A stretch of DNA of 48,422 nt, counting the filler, from Hydrolagus affinis (lineage: Eukaryota), in NCBI GenBank assembly GCA_012026655.1. It is 3 parts of 3 records of this genome, joined end to end, with 100 filler letters (N's around TTAATTAATTAA, not from the genome) between each part and the next. Parts side by side here need not be neighbours in the genome. Positions count along the whole stretch, not along the records: positions 37,995 to 48,422 come from JAAILG010025352.1; 2 more parts are not named here. One strand, 5' to 3'. Within the stretch, counting starts at the first letter, position 1. Each line of letters opens with the position of its first letter. The notes beneath the pieces are model-generated. The model saw only the letters and a program-made list of their open reading frames with translations. It was not told where the DNA came from and searched no databases. Position numbers and translations under genes: made by a program. Below, piece by piece: positions 48,201 through 48,422 of the stretch.

Positions 48201-48422
48201 GATTTTATGACCTAGAGCTGTGTGTGTTAATATCAGACTATATAGAGGTTTCACTGTTAATATAGGACATGTTAAGAAGAAGGTACAGTACTGGGAGCTG
48301 TTGAGATGGATGTCCTTCTGCTTGCTCAGTGGCACCGCCTGGTGGCCGCAGTAGAAACAGCCAGATGCAAAGTCGCCGCCAGATTCTGAGATGGAAACAC
48401 AGAGGGCACACTAATCACAACC

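Noticed and set aside
48390-48422. RSS-like CTCTGTG heptamer at the window end
   Set aside because: No D or J coding motif follows and the nonamer is cut off by the window edge
1-48422. CRISPR arrays, rRNA or prokaryotic-type operons
   Set aside because: None seen; the tandem repeats lack unique spacers and the region is spliceosomal vertebrate DNA

Overview
Vertebrate genomic DNA, almost certainly from a cartilaginous fish. This is inferred from the shark-type IgM secretory tail, the shark-type TCR-beta tail and the dense L2/CR1/SINE content; the exact species cannot be fixed from the sequence. The window has three blocks separated by two 100-nt gaps, each carrying an artificial TTAATTAATTAA linker. 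Block 1 (1-26589, + strand) is a tandem cluster of non-rearranging Ig-superfamily receptors: the 3' end of an inhibitory gene with four ITIM/ITSM-type tyrosine motifs, then two complete paralogues with a germline-joined VJ-type domain and an Arg in the TM (L-V-C1-TM and L-V-C1-C1-TM). They look like an NKp30/SIRP-type paired receptor family. Block 2 (26690-37894, - strand) holds IgM heavy-chain constant exons: Cmu2 (frameshifted), Cmu3 (first Cys lost), Cmu4 with secretory tail, and TM1. Block 3 (37995-48422, - strand) is the 3' end of a TCR-beta locus: D-beta with 12/23 RSS, two intact-looking J segments, one pseudo-J, and an open C-beta gene whose Ig domain is split across two exons. The apparent TCR-beta / IgM / paired-receptor linkage is the most striking feature, but it depends on two linker-marked joins that must be verified. 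All exon calls were made by eye from splice sites and reading frame; no database search was run.
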